This document shows positions 46,656 through 56,962 of a DNA stretch of 64,000 bases, piece by piece. The position numbers and the translations under genes were made by a program. How positions within the stretch are numbered: the first letter of the stretch is position 1; each line of letters begins with the position of its first letter. The stretch lies in IMG/VR virus record IMGVR_UViG_3300001782_000005, positions 186,001 through 250,000 of that record. One strand, written 5' to 3'. Under the pieces are notes generated by a model. That model worked only from the letters and a program-made list of their open reading frames with translations, was not told where the DNA came from and searched no databases.

Positions 46656-47077
46656 TGGCTGATCTAAGTTCATCAAATTTTCCACCCGAAGTAGTTCAAT
46701 TTGCATCTGGTGTAAAGCAATACTTTTATCAGGCTGCTGCTCCAACTGGTTGGACAATTGACGCTACTCTTGGAGATGCTGTACTAGCTGTCCATGGTTC
46801 GTCAAGTTATGACGGTTCGGGTAGTGGTGGGGAACAGAGAGGAACATGGACCCAACCAAATCATACTCACCCTTTCAATGCCGGAACTCACGTTCATACA
46901 GGTGTGACCTCGTCAGAACTTGGCCTTGGTCCGAATTTAAAGAGTAGTGGTGATGATAGTCACTATCACACATTTACTACTGACCCCACGGGCGTTTCTG
47001 GTACGACTTCTGGTGGAGCAACTGCAAGTTCTTGGCGTCCATTCGCCAATGTAGGTATTATAGCAACAAAGGACTAA
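46655..47077 (+). CDS. Stand-alone tail-fibre tip module
   Basis: Shares 44-nt identity (46724-46767 vs 45529-45572) and C-terminal WRPFANVGIIAT with 45142 gene. Confidence 0.7.
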   Translation: MADLSSSNFPPEVVQFASGVKQYFYQAAAPTGWTIDATLGDAVLAVHGSSSYDGSGSGGEQRGTWTQPNHTHPFNAGTHVHTGVTSSELGLGPNLKSSGDDSHYHTFTTDPTGVSGTTSGGATASSWRPFANVGIIATKD

Positions 47078-47079
47078 TT

Positions 47080-47337
47080 ATGCCCATACCAGATATAAGG
47101 ATCGCTATTAAAATATTAAAGGATTTTCAGATTGGCGTAAGTGATCCTAAAGTTTTAGAAAATGCAGCATCAATTATTTATGCAAATGATATTAAACCTA
47201 TGTATGTAGTAAATGCAATTAGAAATCTGATTGACCCACCAGAAGAGGGTGGTTATGCTTATGCACAAGAATATATTGATCAGCAAATTGAAGATATAGT
47301 AAGAAGTTTACACAGACGAAAAACAGGAGTCTATTGA
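47080..47337 (+). CDS. Hypothetical protein, tandem paralog A
   Basis: MPIPD..AI.IL...AASII.ANDI.P...AQEYIDQ. Confidence 0.65.
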   Translation: MPIPDIRIAIKILKDFQIGVSDPKVLENAASIIYANDIKPMYVVNAIRNLIDPPEEGGYAYAQEYIDQQIEDIVRSLHRRKTGVY

Positions 47338-47591
47338 TGCCAGTTCCCAACCTTGAAGATGCTATTAATATCTTAAAAACTTTTAATGTTGAGACATCAC
47401 CAATTACTTTGCTGCAACAAGCAGCATCTATTGTCATGGCCAACGATATTAGACCTGTTGATATTATAAGGGCAATTCGGATCCTTAATGTCTCTGAAGA
47501 TGAAGATGATGAAGATGATGCACAAGAATATATTGATCAAGCAATTCAGGATTTAGAAAGAATAAGGGATGAGAGGCAAGGGTCTAGTTGA
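47334..47591 (+). CDS. Hypothetical protein, tandem paralog B
   Basis: Same pattern as paralog A. Confidence 0.65.
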   Translation: MMPVPNLEDAINILKTFNVETSPITLLQQAASIVMANDIRPVDIIRAIRILNVSEDEDDEDDAQEYIDQAIQDLERIRDERQGSS

Positions 47592-47922
47592 TATAAATAA
47601 AACTTATTTTCGGGAGAGGTTAATGGAAAAGACAGGGAAAATGGCTCACAAGTTTCTTCAACAACTAACTTCTGAAGATTCCAGGGAAATGTTTGAGGGT
47701 CTTGCGGATCTTGTGGAGGTATTAGAAAACAAAAATGACCCAGAACAAACCGAGATGTATCTAGTTCAAAATATCTATCATTTTTTCGAGAAATTGAAAG
47801 CTCTTGAAAATAACTTACATAGTTATGTAAGAGAGTCGGCAGGAGAACTCCCTGGAAATAAGTTGGATATGTTGTATGATGAGACTAAAAGTACTGGGTC
47901 TAGTATCCTCTATGAAGATTAA
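47569..47922 (+). CDS. Hypothetical protein
   Basis: Operon ORF. Confidence 0.55.
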   Translation: MRGKGLVDINKTYFRERLMEKTGKMAHKFLQQLTSEDSREMFEGLADLVEVLENKNDPEQTEMYLVQNIYHFFEKLKALENNLHSYVRESAGELPGNKLDMLYDETKSTGSSILYED

Positions 47923-47936
47923 ACAAAAGGATCGAA

Positions 47937-48389
47937 ATGTTACGAGATACATTTGTTGGACCCGGAGCCCAATTTAGGCAGGACAATGGTTTATTATTAT
48001 TCTATGACCTCTTTAGGTTGAAATGGATAAGTGCTGCCAGAGAAAATGTGGCTTTTGGAATCGACCATCGAAACATATCAAGTGATAGATGGATGTCCCT
48101 TATCTCTAGTATATATTCAAATGTTGTAGGTTATCGAATTCCTCGAAACGCAACAATCACTGCCGTGACCATCCAAACACAAAATCTAACTACCTGTACA
48201 TTTAGAATCCGAAAGAACAACTCACCGGCGAACATTATGAGTATAAATTTAGCAGCAGAATCAGGAAAATCGAATGACGATCTTGATATTGATCTATCTG
48301 AAAATGACTTCTTACAATGTTATTTAGAGAATATAACAGGAAATGTTGATTATCCTACTTTATTATTAGAATTGGCATGGAGAGAATAA
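47937..48389 (+). CDS. Virion-associated beta-domain protein (RIPRNATI...LAWRE family)
   Basis: Shares C-terminal domain with 48406 and 50374. Confidence 0.6.
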   Translation: MLRDTFVGPGAQFRQDNGLLLFYDLFRLKWISAARENVAFGIDHRNISSDRWMSLISSIYSNVVGYRIPRNATITAVTIQTQNLTTCTFRIRKNNSPANIMSINLAAESGKSNDDLDIDLSENDFLQCYLENITGNVDYPTLLLELAWRE

Positions 48390-48405
48390 ATAGGAGGTAT
48401 TAACT

Positions 48406-49680
48406 ATGGCAGAAATGTGGACATTACAAATTAGAAATGACTCCACTGCCGATGTGTTTATCGAAGACCTTGGCATAAATGTTCCTGCTGGGGACACAAT
48501 ACCTTTTGCTGATCAATTTACATATCCAGAAATTGCAGCATCTGACGATCTTCGAACAGCAGTAGGAGGGGGTGAATTAGTTCTCTATGGTTATGATGGA
48601 GACTTATCTGCTGCAGATGGACAAGAATATCTTGAGATGGTTCATATTTATTATCTCAAAGATAACTATTATTCTAAAACTGAATTGCAAACGTCTGGTC
48701 AAGCTGAAGTTCATTGGGACAATCTTACTAATGTTCCACCATTTGGTTTCTTTACATGGACGGAACCAGTTCAAGCTAGAGTTCTTGTAATTCAAGCAAC
48801 CCCTCCAGCAAATCCAGATACAGGTGATTTCTATGTAGATACTGATAATGATTACCTATATAAATGGGATGGTACTGCATGGATTGATATGAAGCACCTG
48901 ACTGAGGGTGATAGAGTAATCAACCTTGATTCAACTTCTGAGAACATCTTTGAACTCACAACTGGAACATGGACTGATCTTGGTCAACCAGCAGATAATA
49001 CTGCAGTCATTGTAAACTTTGATTACAATGATTTGCCAGCACTATGGGTTTATGATGACGAGATCTTGCTTGGTTGGATAAGAATAGCTGACTCTGAAAT
49101 GTTTACCGGCAATACACTAGACCAAGCATATGATCAAGGTGGACCTGGAGCAGGTAGAACCATCTATGTCGACTCTGGTGCAGTTCAATTAAGTGCTTCT
49201 GGTGGTTATGCTCCTCTTGAATTAACTGATCTAGCTTCTGCTCCAACTACTGGACTTGCTGATGGTCAATTGGCAGTGATTAATGGTCTGCTCTATGAGT
49301 ATGACGATGTTCGGACAAAGTGGTTGAGTGTCCAAAAAATAAGTCTTTTCTTTGGTCGAAGTGGTAATACAAAGAATCAATACCTTAGTTTCGGCGTTGG
49401 TACTCTAGCATCAAATAATTCAGGTTTCCGTATTCCACGTAACGCAACTATAGTTTCACTTTCTGGACAACTAGATGCATCTGGAACTTGTGATATGAGA
49501 ATAAGAAAGAATGGTACAGCAACGAATATAGCCACACTATCAATTGCCGCTGCTCAAGGTGCCCACGATAATACAATAAACGTTGACCTGTCTGCTGGAG
49601 ATTTTCTCCATTCTTATCTTGATGCTGTTGCTGGTGTTCCTGATCCAGTACTTATTGTTGAGATCGCTTGGAGAGAATAG
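48406..49680 (+). CDS. Modular virion-associated protein
   Basis: Shared N-domain (ND.T.D.F.EDLG) and shared C-domain (RIPRNATI...IAWRE). Confidence 0.65.
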   Translation: MAEMWTLQIRNDSTADVFIEDLGINVPAGDTIPFADQFTYPEIAASDDLRTAVGGGELVLYGYDGDLSAADGQEYLEMVHIYYLKDNYYSKTELQTSGQAEVHWDNLTNVPPFGFFTWTEPVQARVLVIQATPPANPDTGDFYVDTDNDYLYKWDGTAWIDMKHLTEGDRVINLDSTSENIFELTTGTWTDLGQPADNTAVIVNFDYNDLPALWVYDDEILLGWIRIADSEMFTGNTLDQAYDQGGPGAGRTIYVDSGAVQLSASGGYAPLELTDLASAPTTGLADGQLAVINGLLYEYDDVRTKWLSVQKISLFFGRSGNTKNQYLSFGVGTLASNNSGFRIPRNATIVSLSGQLDASGTCDMRIRKNGTATNIATLSIAAAQGAHDNTINVDLSAGDFLHSYLDAVAGVPDPVLIVEIAWRE

Positions 49681-49687
49681 GTGAATA

Positions 49688-50374
49688 ATGACAACATGGA
49701 AAGATATAATTGCGATCAACGATACAACGAGCGATATATTCCTGGAGGACCTGGGAGTAACTATCCCAGCGTCCTCCCAAGTTTCGCTACATGAGCAGTT
49801 CGAGTTTTCAGAAATAGCGAATGCTGATCCATTAAAAGTTGAAGTAGCAGCAGGAAATATAATCATAAATAATGGTACCTCAAATCTTTCAATATCAGAT
49901 GCTTTATACTATATAGACTATTGGGGTAAATATGAGTATAACTCTGAACAAGCATTTATTGAGGGTTATGTTTATGCGACTCAAACTTTAGTAGCGGATG
50001 ATACTTATAAGGATTTAGAAATATCAAGTTTATCAGTTACACCCAAGAATGCTGAATTAAATAGTAATACAGAAGTTAAGGCATTAATAGGAGGAATCTA
50101 TTCGATAAGTTATAAAGTTGCTTTCCTCTATACTGGTAATGCTGCAATTATTCAATATACTACAATCGCCTCTAAGAATGCAGTTGATATATCTAGGTCA
50201 AGAAGAAATGACTGGTCTCAATACTCTAATACTCGGGTTACTCTTGATTCAGGGAGGTTTTTGACAAGACTTAATGCAGATGATTTAGTAAAGATCAGAG
50301 CGAAGGTTAGTTGGAAATATGATAACGTAACTATTGAATATGCTAGCTTATTACTACAAAGGTTATATGAATAA
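49688..50374 (+). CDS. Modular virion-associated protein
   Basis: Shared N-domain plus C1q/TNF-like beta C-terminus. Confidence 0.55.
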   Translation: MTTWKDIIAINDTTSDIFLEDLGVTIPASSQVSLHEQFEFSEIANADPLKVEVAAGNIIINNGTSNLSISDALYYIDYWGKYEYNSEQAFIEGYVYATQTLVADDTYKDLEISSLSVTPKNAELNSNTEVKALIGGIYSISYKVAFLYTGNAAIIQYTTIASKNAVDISRSRRNDWSQYSNTRVTLDSGRFLTRLNADDLVKIRAKVSWKYDNVTIEYASLLLQRLYE

Positions 50375-51186
50375 TGGCAGTATACTACTACAATATAACG
50401 AATAATACTAGTAATCCAATTAGGTTGCCTAGTAATCAAGTAGTAGATGCCACTTCTACAGTTAGTTTAACTTTACTTGAGTTTAGAACTTATTGTGAAC
50501 AAGATGATGAATTTTTGGAGTATGTATATAATGGAGATATAAGTGTAAGTTTTGGTCCTGGATATCAATCAGTCCATATACCAATACCTTCAGATGGAAT
50601 TCATGAAGTATTGAGAAATACTGATAAGATAAAAGGAATTGAAGTTGATGATTCTGGTATAAACCCTAGTTATTTCTTAACCTATAGAAGTGGTAGTGGG
50701 AAAATAGAATATCAACCCGTTGCTCAGTCATCCCTAACAACTCCTGACACAACAGCGGTTCTTTGGATTGATACTTTAAATTCTCTCATATGCTTTTGGG
50801 ATGAGGCAAGAGGTAAATGGTTAGCAACAGTCAAGAACGTTTTTGCATTTGGTAAAGCTTCTCTATCAAGAAATACTTATTTGAATGTATCTGGTATTGC
50901 ACCCAGTTCAGCAAATGTGGGTTATTTTGTATTTAGGTACGCAACTATAACAGGAGTATGGTGCAAAGTAGCGAGTATGACTGGCGCTTCAGATCCCTAT
51001 ATGGAAATAAGGACTATATTAGATGGAACGTTGTTCACTTTTGAAATACCAGACCCAGGTCTTGTATATTATAATAATGAGTTGAATATTGATATAGATA
51101 AAGGGAGGGTTCTTCAATGTTGGGTTAGAGATAGGTTTGTAGACCCTGTTGTTCAAGTTGAAATGTCGTGGAGATGTGGAATATGA
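50374..51186 (+). CDS. Modular virion-associated protein
   Basis: C-domain ends DID.GR.LQCWV...VEMSWR. Confidence 0.55.
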   Translation: MAVYYYNITNNTSNPIRLPSNQVVDATSTVSLTLLEFRTYCEQDDEFLEYVYNGDISVSFGPGYQSVHIPIPSDGIHEVLRNTDKIKGIEVDDSGINPSYFLTYRSGSGKIEYQPVAQSSLTTPDTTAVLWIDTLNSLICFWDEARGKWLATVKNVFAFGKASLSRNTYLNVSGIAPSSANVGYFVFRYATITGVWCKVASMTGASDPYMEIRTILDGTLFTFEIPDPGLVYYNNELNIDIDKGRVLQCWVRDRFVDPVVQVEMSWRCGI

Positions 51187-52919
51187 GGAAATTCTTAAAA
51201 AATCCGGGAGCATCTGATTTCTTGATAGATGATATGGGTCAAGCGCTTCCTCCTGGAGATGAACTTGAGATTCTTCAACACCAACTTCATGCATATTTAA
51301 ATAGTGAAGATTTAATACAAGCAATTAGAAATGGAGATATATTAGCTGGAGATGGTTGGACATACTATACAAACCCAGTAGAGGGTGAGTTATATTTTAG
51401 AACTAGATTCGATGATGATACTTATATTGTAGATGGCACATCAGTTACACAAATTACTCCTGCAGTTGTTCAAGATCAAACAACTGGAAAAAAGGGTACA
51501 ACTCTTTATATGAATCTCATAGGCATTATGAGGGAATTATATAATGCCCCTGAGAATCCTATATACGATCCTGACTTTCAGAAGTTTATTGGTCCTGGTG
51601 GAAGAGAAGTTGAGCATCTAGCACGAACTCTGAACCTTGAAGAAATACATGATAAAACTGGGTTTCATTGGATAGAATTACATAAAGGTGGTTATTATAA
51701 ACCATTTGATCTATTAACGTATTATGGATGGTTGAATTCCTTTAACTATTCGGATAATAGCTGGAATAACGAAAGTGTTGCAAAAGATATGGCCAGATAT
51801 AATTTGATTATATTTGGTGACGGTATACAAGATCCTGGTCATGGAGATTATTCAAATACTGAGATTATAATACCAAGGGTAAAAGCATTAAATCCGTGCG
51901 CTCTTATCTTTGGATATGTAACTGCAAATCAATCTCAAGCAAATTTTGAAACCAAAGTTGATCAATGGAATGATCTTGAGGTACATGGGATCTTCATGGA
52001 TGAGTGTGGTTATGATTATGGAATAGATCGTTCCGAATTTAATACTTTAGTTGACTACATTCATTCACAGACTAGTGCAAATTTAGTTATGACAAATGCT
52101 TGGACCACGGATCATATTATTGGTACGGCTAATGATCCTTCATATCCAAATTCAACTTATAATCCAGGTTTGGTTGAATCTCATCTAACAGCAGATGATT
52201 GGATACACCTTGAAAGTTTTCCAATCAATACAACTGAATATTCAGGAAATAACGGTTATGAATCTAGAACTGAATGGGCGAGTAGAGGTGTAAAAGCAAT
52301 AGGACATAGAGATACATACGGTATTAATTTAGTTGCAGGTGGAATAATTAATAACGATAATTCGAATGGACAAGACTTATTTGATTTTGGTTTTATCTCT
52401 GCCTGTATGTTTGCTTTAGATGGATATGGAACTTCAGATACAGGTTATGGAGCAAGTTCAGCAACTGTTGAATTCTGGAATCGACCAGATGTCAAAGGAG
52501 CTGGAAGAGTATGGGCCCCTGCTCCATCTGTTCAGAATGATATTAGTGATAACCAGATCTACTGGAGATATACCGATTTTGCTAAATTTATGTTAGATTT
52601 CTCTAGTGGAGCAGAAGATAGTTCAATAACTATTTTTGGTCAAGTGACTGCTACAGCACCTCCTGGTAGCGGTCCAACTATGAAAACAGGAACAACTACA
52701 ACTAATAATCAAGGAGATGGATCGGTTACCTTTAATACCGCATTTCCGGATATGAATTATTCTATTGTGATGTCTGCACAATATCCAAACGATGTTGCTG
52801 TTTGTATGTGGCAAAATAAGACAGCTGGTGGTTTTGATATAAGAACTGAGAATGATCAAGGGAATAATGAACCAAATGTTACTGTCGACTGGGCTGCTAC
52901 TGCTCATTATGATCCTTAA
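51168..52919 (+). CDS. Glycoside-hydrolase-like TIM-barrel protein with shared N-domain and lectin-like C-terminus
   Basis: GIFMDECGYDY; C-terminal GSVTFNTAF...YSIV...KTAGGF...VDWAA. Confidence 0.6.
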   Translation: MEMWNMRKFLKNPGASDFLIDDMGQALPPGDELEILQHQLHAYLNSEDLIQAIRNGDILAGDGWTYYTNPVEGELYFRTRFDDDTYIVDGTSVTQITPAVVQDQTTGKKGTTLYMNLIGIMRELYNAPENPIYDPDFQKFIGPGGREVEHLARTLNLEEIHDKTGFHWIELHKGGYYKPFDLLTYYGWLNSFNYSDNSWNNESVAKDMARYNLIIFGDGIQDPGHGDYSNTEIIIPRVKALNPCALIFGYVTANQSQANFETKVDQWNDLEVHGIFMDECGYDYGIDRSEFNTLVDYIHSQTSANLVMTNAWTTDHIIGTANDPSYPNSTYNPGLVESHLTADDWIHLESFPINTTEYSGNNGYESRTEWASRGVKAIGHRDTYGINLVAGGIINNDNSNGQDLFDFGFISACMFALDGYGTSDTGYGASSATVEFWNRPDVKGAGRVWAPAPSVQNDISDNQIYWRYTDFAKFMLDFSSGAEDSSITIFGQVTATAPPGSGPTMKTGTTTTNNQGDGSVTFNTAFPDMNYSIVMSAQYPNDVAVCMWQNKTAGGFDIRTENDQGNNEPNVTVDWAATAHYDP

Positions 52920-52936
52920 TTCTACCGGAGGATAAT

Positions 52937-54022
52937 ATGCCAAAAAAACCAAAACCGACAGAACCACCACCACAAACAACTACTAGCACGACGACATCAA
53001 CTGTAACAACTAGTACTTTGACAACTACTATACACGCTGATTTATTTACAACCACAACTTACTTTTTTGAGGAGGAAGAAGATATGTACTTTCGACCGAA
53101 AAACCTTTTGATTTATTATGGTTGGTTGAATGCTTTTAATTCTGCCCAGAATAGTTGGGATAATGAGAAGGTTGCTAAAGACCTTGCTAAATATAATTTG
53201 ATTGTATTTGGAGATGGAGTACAAGATCCAGGTCATGGTGATTTTGCCAATACACAAGTAATCATTCCTCGAGTGAAAGAATTGAATGCTGATGCCCTCA
53301 TCTTTGGTTATGTAACTGTAAATCAGGATTATTCTGTTTTTACTACAAAAGCAAGTCAATGGAATAGTCTTGCTGTCCATGGAATCTTTATGGACGAAGC
53401 AGGATATGACTATGGGAAAAATAGACAAGAGTTTAATCAAAGAGTAGATTTTGTTCATAATCAATCAGAAGCGAATGTTTGTTTTGCAAATGCATGGAAT
53501 ATTGATCATGTCCTTGGAACTGATGAAGATGCTTCTTATCCAAACTCAACTTATAATCCAGGTTTAGTCGAATCTAACCTAGATGAGAATGACTGGTACT
53601 TGATGGAGAGTTTTCCAATCAATACAGATGCATATACGGGTGGTTATGAACCACGAGCAGATTGGAAAGTTAGAGGCGAGAAAGCAGTTGATAAGAGAAA
53701 TCAGTGCCTTATAAACCTAGCTGCTTGTGGAATTATAAATGATGATAATGTTAACGGTCAAGTAATGTTTGAGTTTGGTTTTACTTCTGCCTGTATGTTT
53801 GCTCTTGAGGCATTTGGAACTTCAGATTCATTTTATGGAGCGAGTTCTGCAAAATCTCAGTTCTGGGCAAGACCACCTACCCTTGGTATAGGAATAATCT
53901 CAAAATATGACATAACAATTGCAGATGATACTGGAGATGTCTATTGGAGATATGTCGAATTTGGAAAGTTTATGCTTGACTTTACAAGTGGAGCCGAATC
54001 AAGTAGCATAACAAAATGGTAG
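52937..54022 (+). CDS. Paralogous glycoside-hydrolase-like TIM-barrel protein
   Basis: GIFMDEAGYDY; PSYPNSTYNPGLVES-type segment shared with 51168. Confidence 0.6.
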   Translation: MPKKPKPTEPPPQTTTSTTTSTVTTSTLTTTIHADLFTTTTYFFEEEEDMYFRPKNLLIYYGWLNAFNSAQNSWDNEKVAKDLAKYNLIVFGDGVQDPGHGDFANTQVIIPRVKELNADALIFGYVTVNQDYSVFTTKASQWNSLAVHGIFMDEAGYDYGKNRQEFNQRVDFVHNQSEANVCFANAWNIDHVLGTDEDASYPNSTYNPGLVESNLDENDWYLMESFPINTDAYTGGYEPRADWKVRGEKAVDKRNQCLINLAACGIINDDNVNGQVMFEFGFTSACMFALEAFGTSDSFYGASSAKSQFWARPPTLGIGIISKYDITIADDTGDVYWRYVEFGKFMLDFTSGAESSSITKW

Positions 54023-54046
54023 AGTGTGGATCAAGGGGAATAATAA

Positions 54047-55162
54047 ATGCAGATTGGTCGTGTGGGAGATGTTATTCATGAAGATTTCACGGTTACTGAT
54101 ACTGCTGGTAATCGAATCCCCGGAATTGATTCCACTGCGTTTACATATCATATATTCGATGATACGGGGGCCGAAGTAAGTGCAACGGTCCCTGTATCTT
54201 TTACGGAATTAGGGTTTGGAAATTATAGATCTAGCTTTATCCCAAACGCAACTGGTGATTGGTATCTTATTGCTTATCATGATACCTATTTCCCTTGGGG
54301 TAAAGCGGATACTATTCAAGTGTTTGAGAATACATTTGATACTTTGGTACCTTTGCTTCAGAGGATTCTTGGCCTTGTTCAGGAAAACTTTTATATTGAT
54401 CAGACGACATTCAACGAATTTGGATGTATGATAACTGGCCGAATTAGAATCTATGACGATGCTGGAGATGTTGGAACTGATATTGGGGTAATTGAGACAT
54501 ATTGTATTACAGCAACTTATGATGCCGAGGGAAGACTGGAAACATATGAGGTTGTAACTTGTGGAAATCCCGGAAATCCAGGAAACCCTCATGGAATGCC
54601 GGTTCCACCAACTATAACTACAGTAACAACTACTACTGCTCCACCAGTAACTACAAGCACGTCAACTACAACAAGTACAACGACTACAACCACAACAACC
54701 TCAACAGCAACTACAACGAGTCCAGACTGGAGACTTTCAAAATCAATTCTTTTAAGTTCAGGAACTATTAATTCTGGAACAATTGTTAATACCTATACTG
54801 AAAATAATACATACCTTATATTAAACGAGATAGCCGGAAATCCTGGATTTGATTTTAGATTTGATTTTAATGATGTACCAACATCTAATATTGATATTTG
54901 TCTTGCTGGTTACTATCAAGGAAACCCAGCACATAATGTTAAAATTAGAGCATGGAACTTTAATACTTCTGTCTTTGACGACTTAACTGCTGCTACCACT
55001 GATTTTCCAAGTATAGTGGTGAAGAGTAGCTATAAATTTACAATTCAAAATGCTAATTATGTAAGTGGAGTTGGGCAAGCAATTATACAGATTATTCATA
55101 CATCGAATGGGTCAGCGGGTCACTTGTTCCATATTGATCATCTCTATTTGTGTGACCCATAA
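54047..55162 (+). CDS. Two-domain protein with long Thr-rich linker
   Basis: GNP x3 then ~35-aa poly-Thr tract. Confidence 0.6.
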   Translation: MQIGRVGDVIHEDFTVTDTAGNRIPGIDSTAFTYHIFDDTGAEVSATVPVSFTELGFGNYRSSFIPNATGDWYLIAYHDTYFPWGKADTIQVFENTFDTLVPLLQRILGLVQENFYIDQTTFNEFGCMITGRIRIYDDAGDVGTDIGVIETYCITATYDAEGRLETYEVVTCGNPGNPGNPHGMPVPPTITTVTTTTAPPVTTSTSTTTSTTTTTTTTSTATTTSPDWRLSKSILLSSGTINSGTIVNTYTENNTYLILNEIAGNPGFDFRFDFNDVPTSNIDICLAGYYQGNPAHNVKIRAWNFNTSVFDDLTAATTDFPSIVVKSSYKFTIQNANYVSGVGQAIIQIIHTSNGSAGHLFHIDHLYLCDP

Positions 55163-55179
55163 GTTGAGGGAACAAATAT

Positions 55180-55398
55180 ATGAATGCTACTAGTGTTGCT
55201 ACAAAGGGGATAATTTGTTGTCCCTGTCCTGGTCTTATTCCCCCAGTAGGCGGCGCGGAAGTTTTGCGTATTGAAGAAGAAGAGATTAAAAGACCTTTGG
55301 TCATGGTTAAGAAAGTTGAATTAGAAGAAACTAAAGAAAGGGAAGACCTTACAGTAATTGAAGTGACCAAAGTAAAGTTTGATAATAATAATGATTAA
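55180..55398 (+). CDS. Hypothetical protein
   Basis: Operon ORF. Confidence 0.45.
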   Translation: MNATSVATKGIICCPCPGLIPPVGGAEVLRIEEEEIKRPLVMVKKVELEETKEREDLTVIEVTKVKFDNNND

Positions 55399-55415
55399 TT
55401 AGAGAGGATATTGCT

Positions 55416-56195
55416 ATGGCACTTAAATTAAAAGTCAATGAGAAAAGAACCCTTCAATTTGAAGTTCAAATTGGCGGCATTGATTATAAGGAACTGGTCG
55501 GGACACTTCGAGTTGTAGTAGATGATATTGAATATGGATTTCCGGCCGAAGTGCGTAGTGAATCTATCTCTGTTGACTTGCCAGCATTAAATAGAGTCGT
55601 CAAGAGATCTCTAAAAGACGATGAACTGCTAATGACTAAATTAGAGATCATAGGAAATGGTTTTTATATGGATCCTTGGAGAAGTGAATTTAGGGTAGTG
55701 AACCCTGTAAAAATAGAAGCAAAGGTTATTACCGAAGAAGATGAAGAAATCAAGAAAGAGAAAAAAGAGGTTAGTGTTAAATTAATAGAAGATGAAACTG
55801 TTATCCCTAAGAAGGGAGATAAGAGAAAGATTATAATTGACGACGATGAAGATGAAGCAAGTAAGATGGTTGAGCAAAGACTAAAAAGAATGCAAAATGC
55901 TGTTGATCGCTTTCTGACTGAAGGATTTCCTTCACCAAAAAAGAGACCTGTGAAAAAGAAGAGGACTTTAAAGAAAGAAGCCAAAACGCATATTCGGCCG
56001 GATCAAATTACTGAACAAGAAGTTTATAATTTAATGGAAGAAAAGGGTATGAAGAATTCTAAAGCACAGGAGGCTCTACTTGAGAGAGCAAAAGCAATGT
56101 GTCTCAGAGAAGATATGACATCTGAACCAGATCCCTCAGATGTCTATGAGGTTATAGAGAAGATGCTCTCTCCGAGGGATATAATAGATGGATAA
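55416..56195 (+). CDS. Hypothetical protein
   Basis: GAGGA RBS; charged C-terminus. Confidence 0.6.
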   Translation: MALKLKVNEKRTLQFEVQIGGIDYKELVGTLRVVVDDIEYGFPAEVRSESISVDLPALNRVVKRSLKDDELLMTKLEIIGNGFYMDPWRSEFRVVNPVKIEAKVITEEDEEIKKEKKEVSVKLIEDETVIPKKGDKRKIIIDDDEDEASKMVEQRLKRMQNAVDRFLTEGFPSPKKRPVKKKRTLKKEAKTHIRPDQITEQEVYNLMEEKGMKNSKAQEALLERAKAMCLREDMTSEPDPSDVYEVIEKMLSPRDIIDG

Positions 56196-56607
56196 ATTCA
56201 CGTTCTATGACTTTCTGCACGTGATTATTGCAGCGATTGCTACAGGTAGTATTGCATTACTGATATGGTTGGTTCAAGACTATTTCAAATTTAAATTTAA
56301 TTATGCAAAAGAATCTCTTACAATAGAAAGGTGGGAAGAACTTTGTAAGCAGTATAGAATTACTTGTGATGCAAGAATTTGTAGAAAGTTAGAAAATTTA
56401 GTCAAGACAATGGATGGGTGTTCAATTACTTTATCTGACCTCACTCGAGAAGTGTCTATAGTTCAAACTAAAATGGAACCACAAGCAGAGAAAATAAAGG
56501 AGATAGATGCTTTAAAAGTAAATTTAGTCCGCTTAGAAACTGAATTTGAGAGATATAAGCGTGAGGTTAATAATGCTAAGAAAAATATTAGAGGTGCTGA
56601 AACCTAG
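56188..56607 (+). CDS. Single-TM coiled-coil protein (holin/hemolysin-like topology)
   Basis: N-terminal TM, coiled-coil tail. Confidence 0.45.
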   Translation: MDKFTFYDFLHVIIAAIATGSIALLIWLVQDYFKFKFNYAKESLTIERWEELCKQYRITCDARICRKLENLVKTMDGCSITLSDLTREVSIVQTKMEPQAEKIKEIDALKVNLVRLETEFERYKREVNNAKKNIRGAET

Positions 56608-56962
56608 TAAACAGAAAACTATTTTTAGCGGAGGGAAATCTCTCATAGGAGAAATTCTAGTAATGAGAGACAAGTGTACGAATGAGCAAGTTTTGGAAGC
56701 ATTGGAGCAACAGAGAATAGAAGGTGCAGGAAGGAGAATAGGAAATTTGTTGTTACTAACTTGTAACCTTAGTCAAGATGATATTAGAGAGGCCCTTGAG
56801 ATTCAGTCATATCTCCGAGAAGAAGTTTGTGCAAATAAATCTATGAAGAAACTTGAAGAGGCCACAAAGAACTTCATAATGCAGAAAGAGATTTTTCTAG
56901 AATCTCTACAAAATGTTCATAATACTCTCGATGAAGCAAATGGTACATTGGACAATATATAA
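56546..56962 (+). CDS. MshEN-like tandem-motif protein (possible c-di-GMP receptor)
   Basis: LIGEILV-x9-VLEALEQQ and RIGNLLL-x9-IREALEIQ follow the 24-aa RLGxxLxxxG...LxxxLxxQ spacing. Confidence 0.55.
   Translation: MRDISVRLIMLRKILEVLKPSKQKTIFSGGKSLIGEILVMRDKCTNEQVLEALEQQRIEGAGRRIGNLLLLTCNLSQDDIREALEIQSYLREEVCANKSMKKLEEATKNFIMQKEIFLESLQNVHNTLDEANGTLDNI

Noticed and set aside
45142-47077. Diversity-generating retroelement (TR/VR pair)
   Set aside because: Both copies are coding, differences are not visibly adenine-specific, and no reverse transcriptase is in the window.
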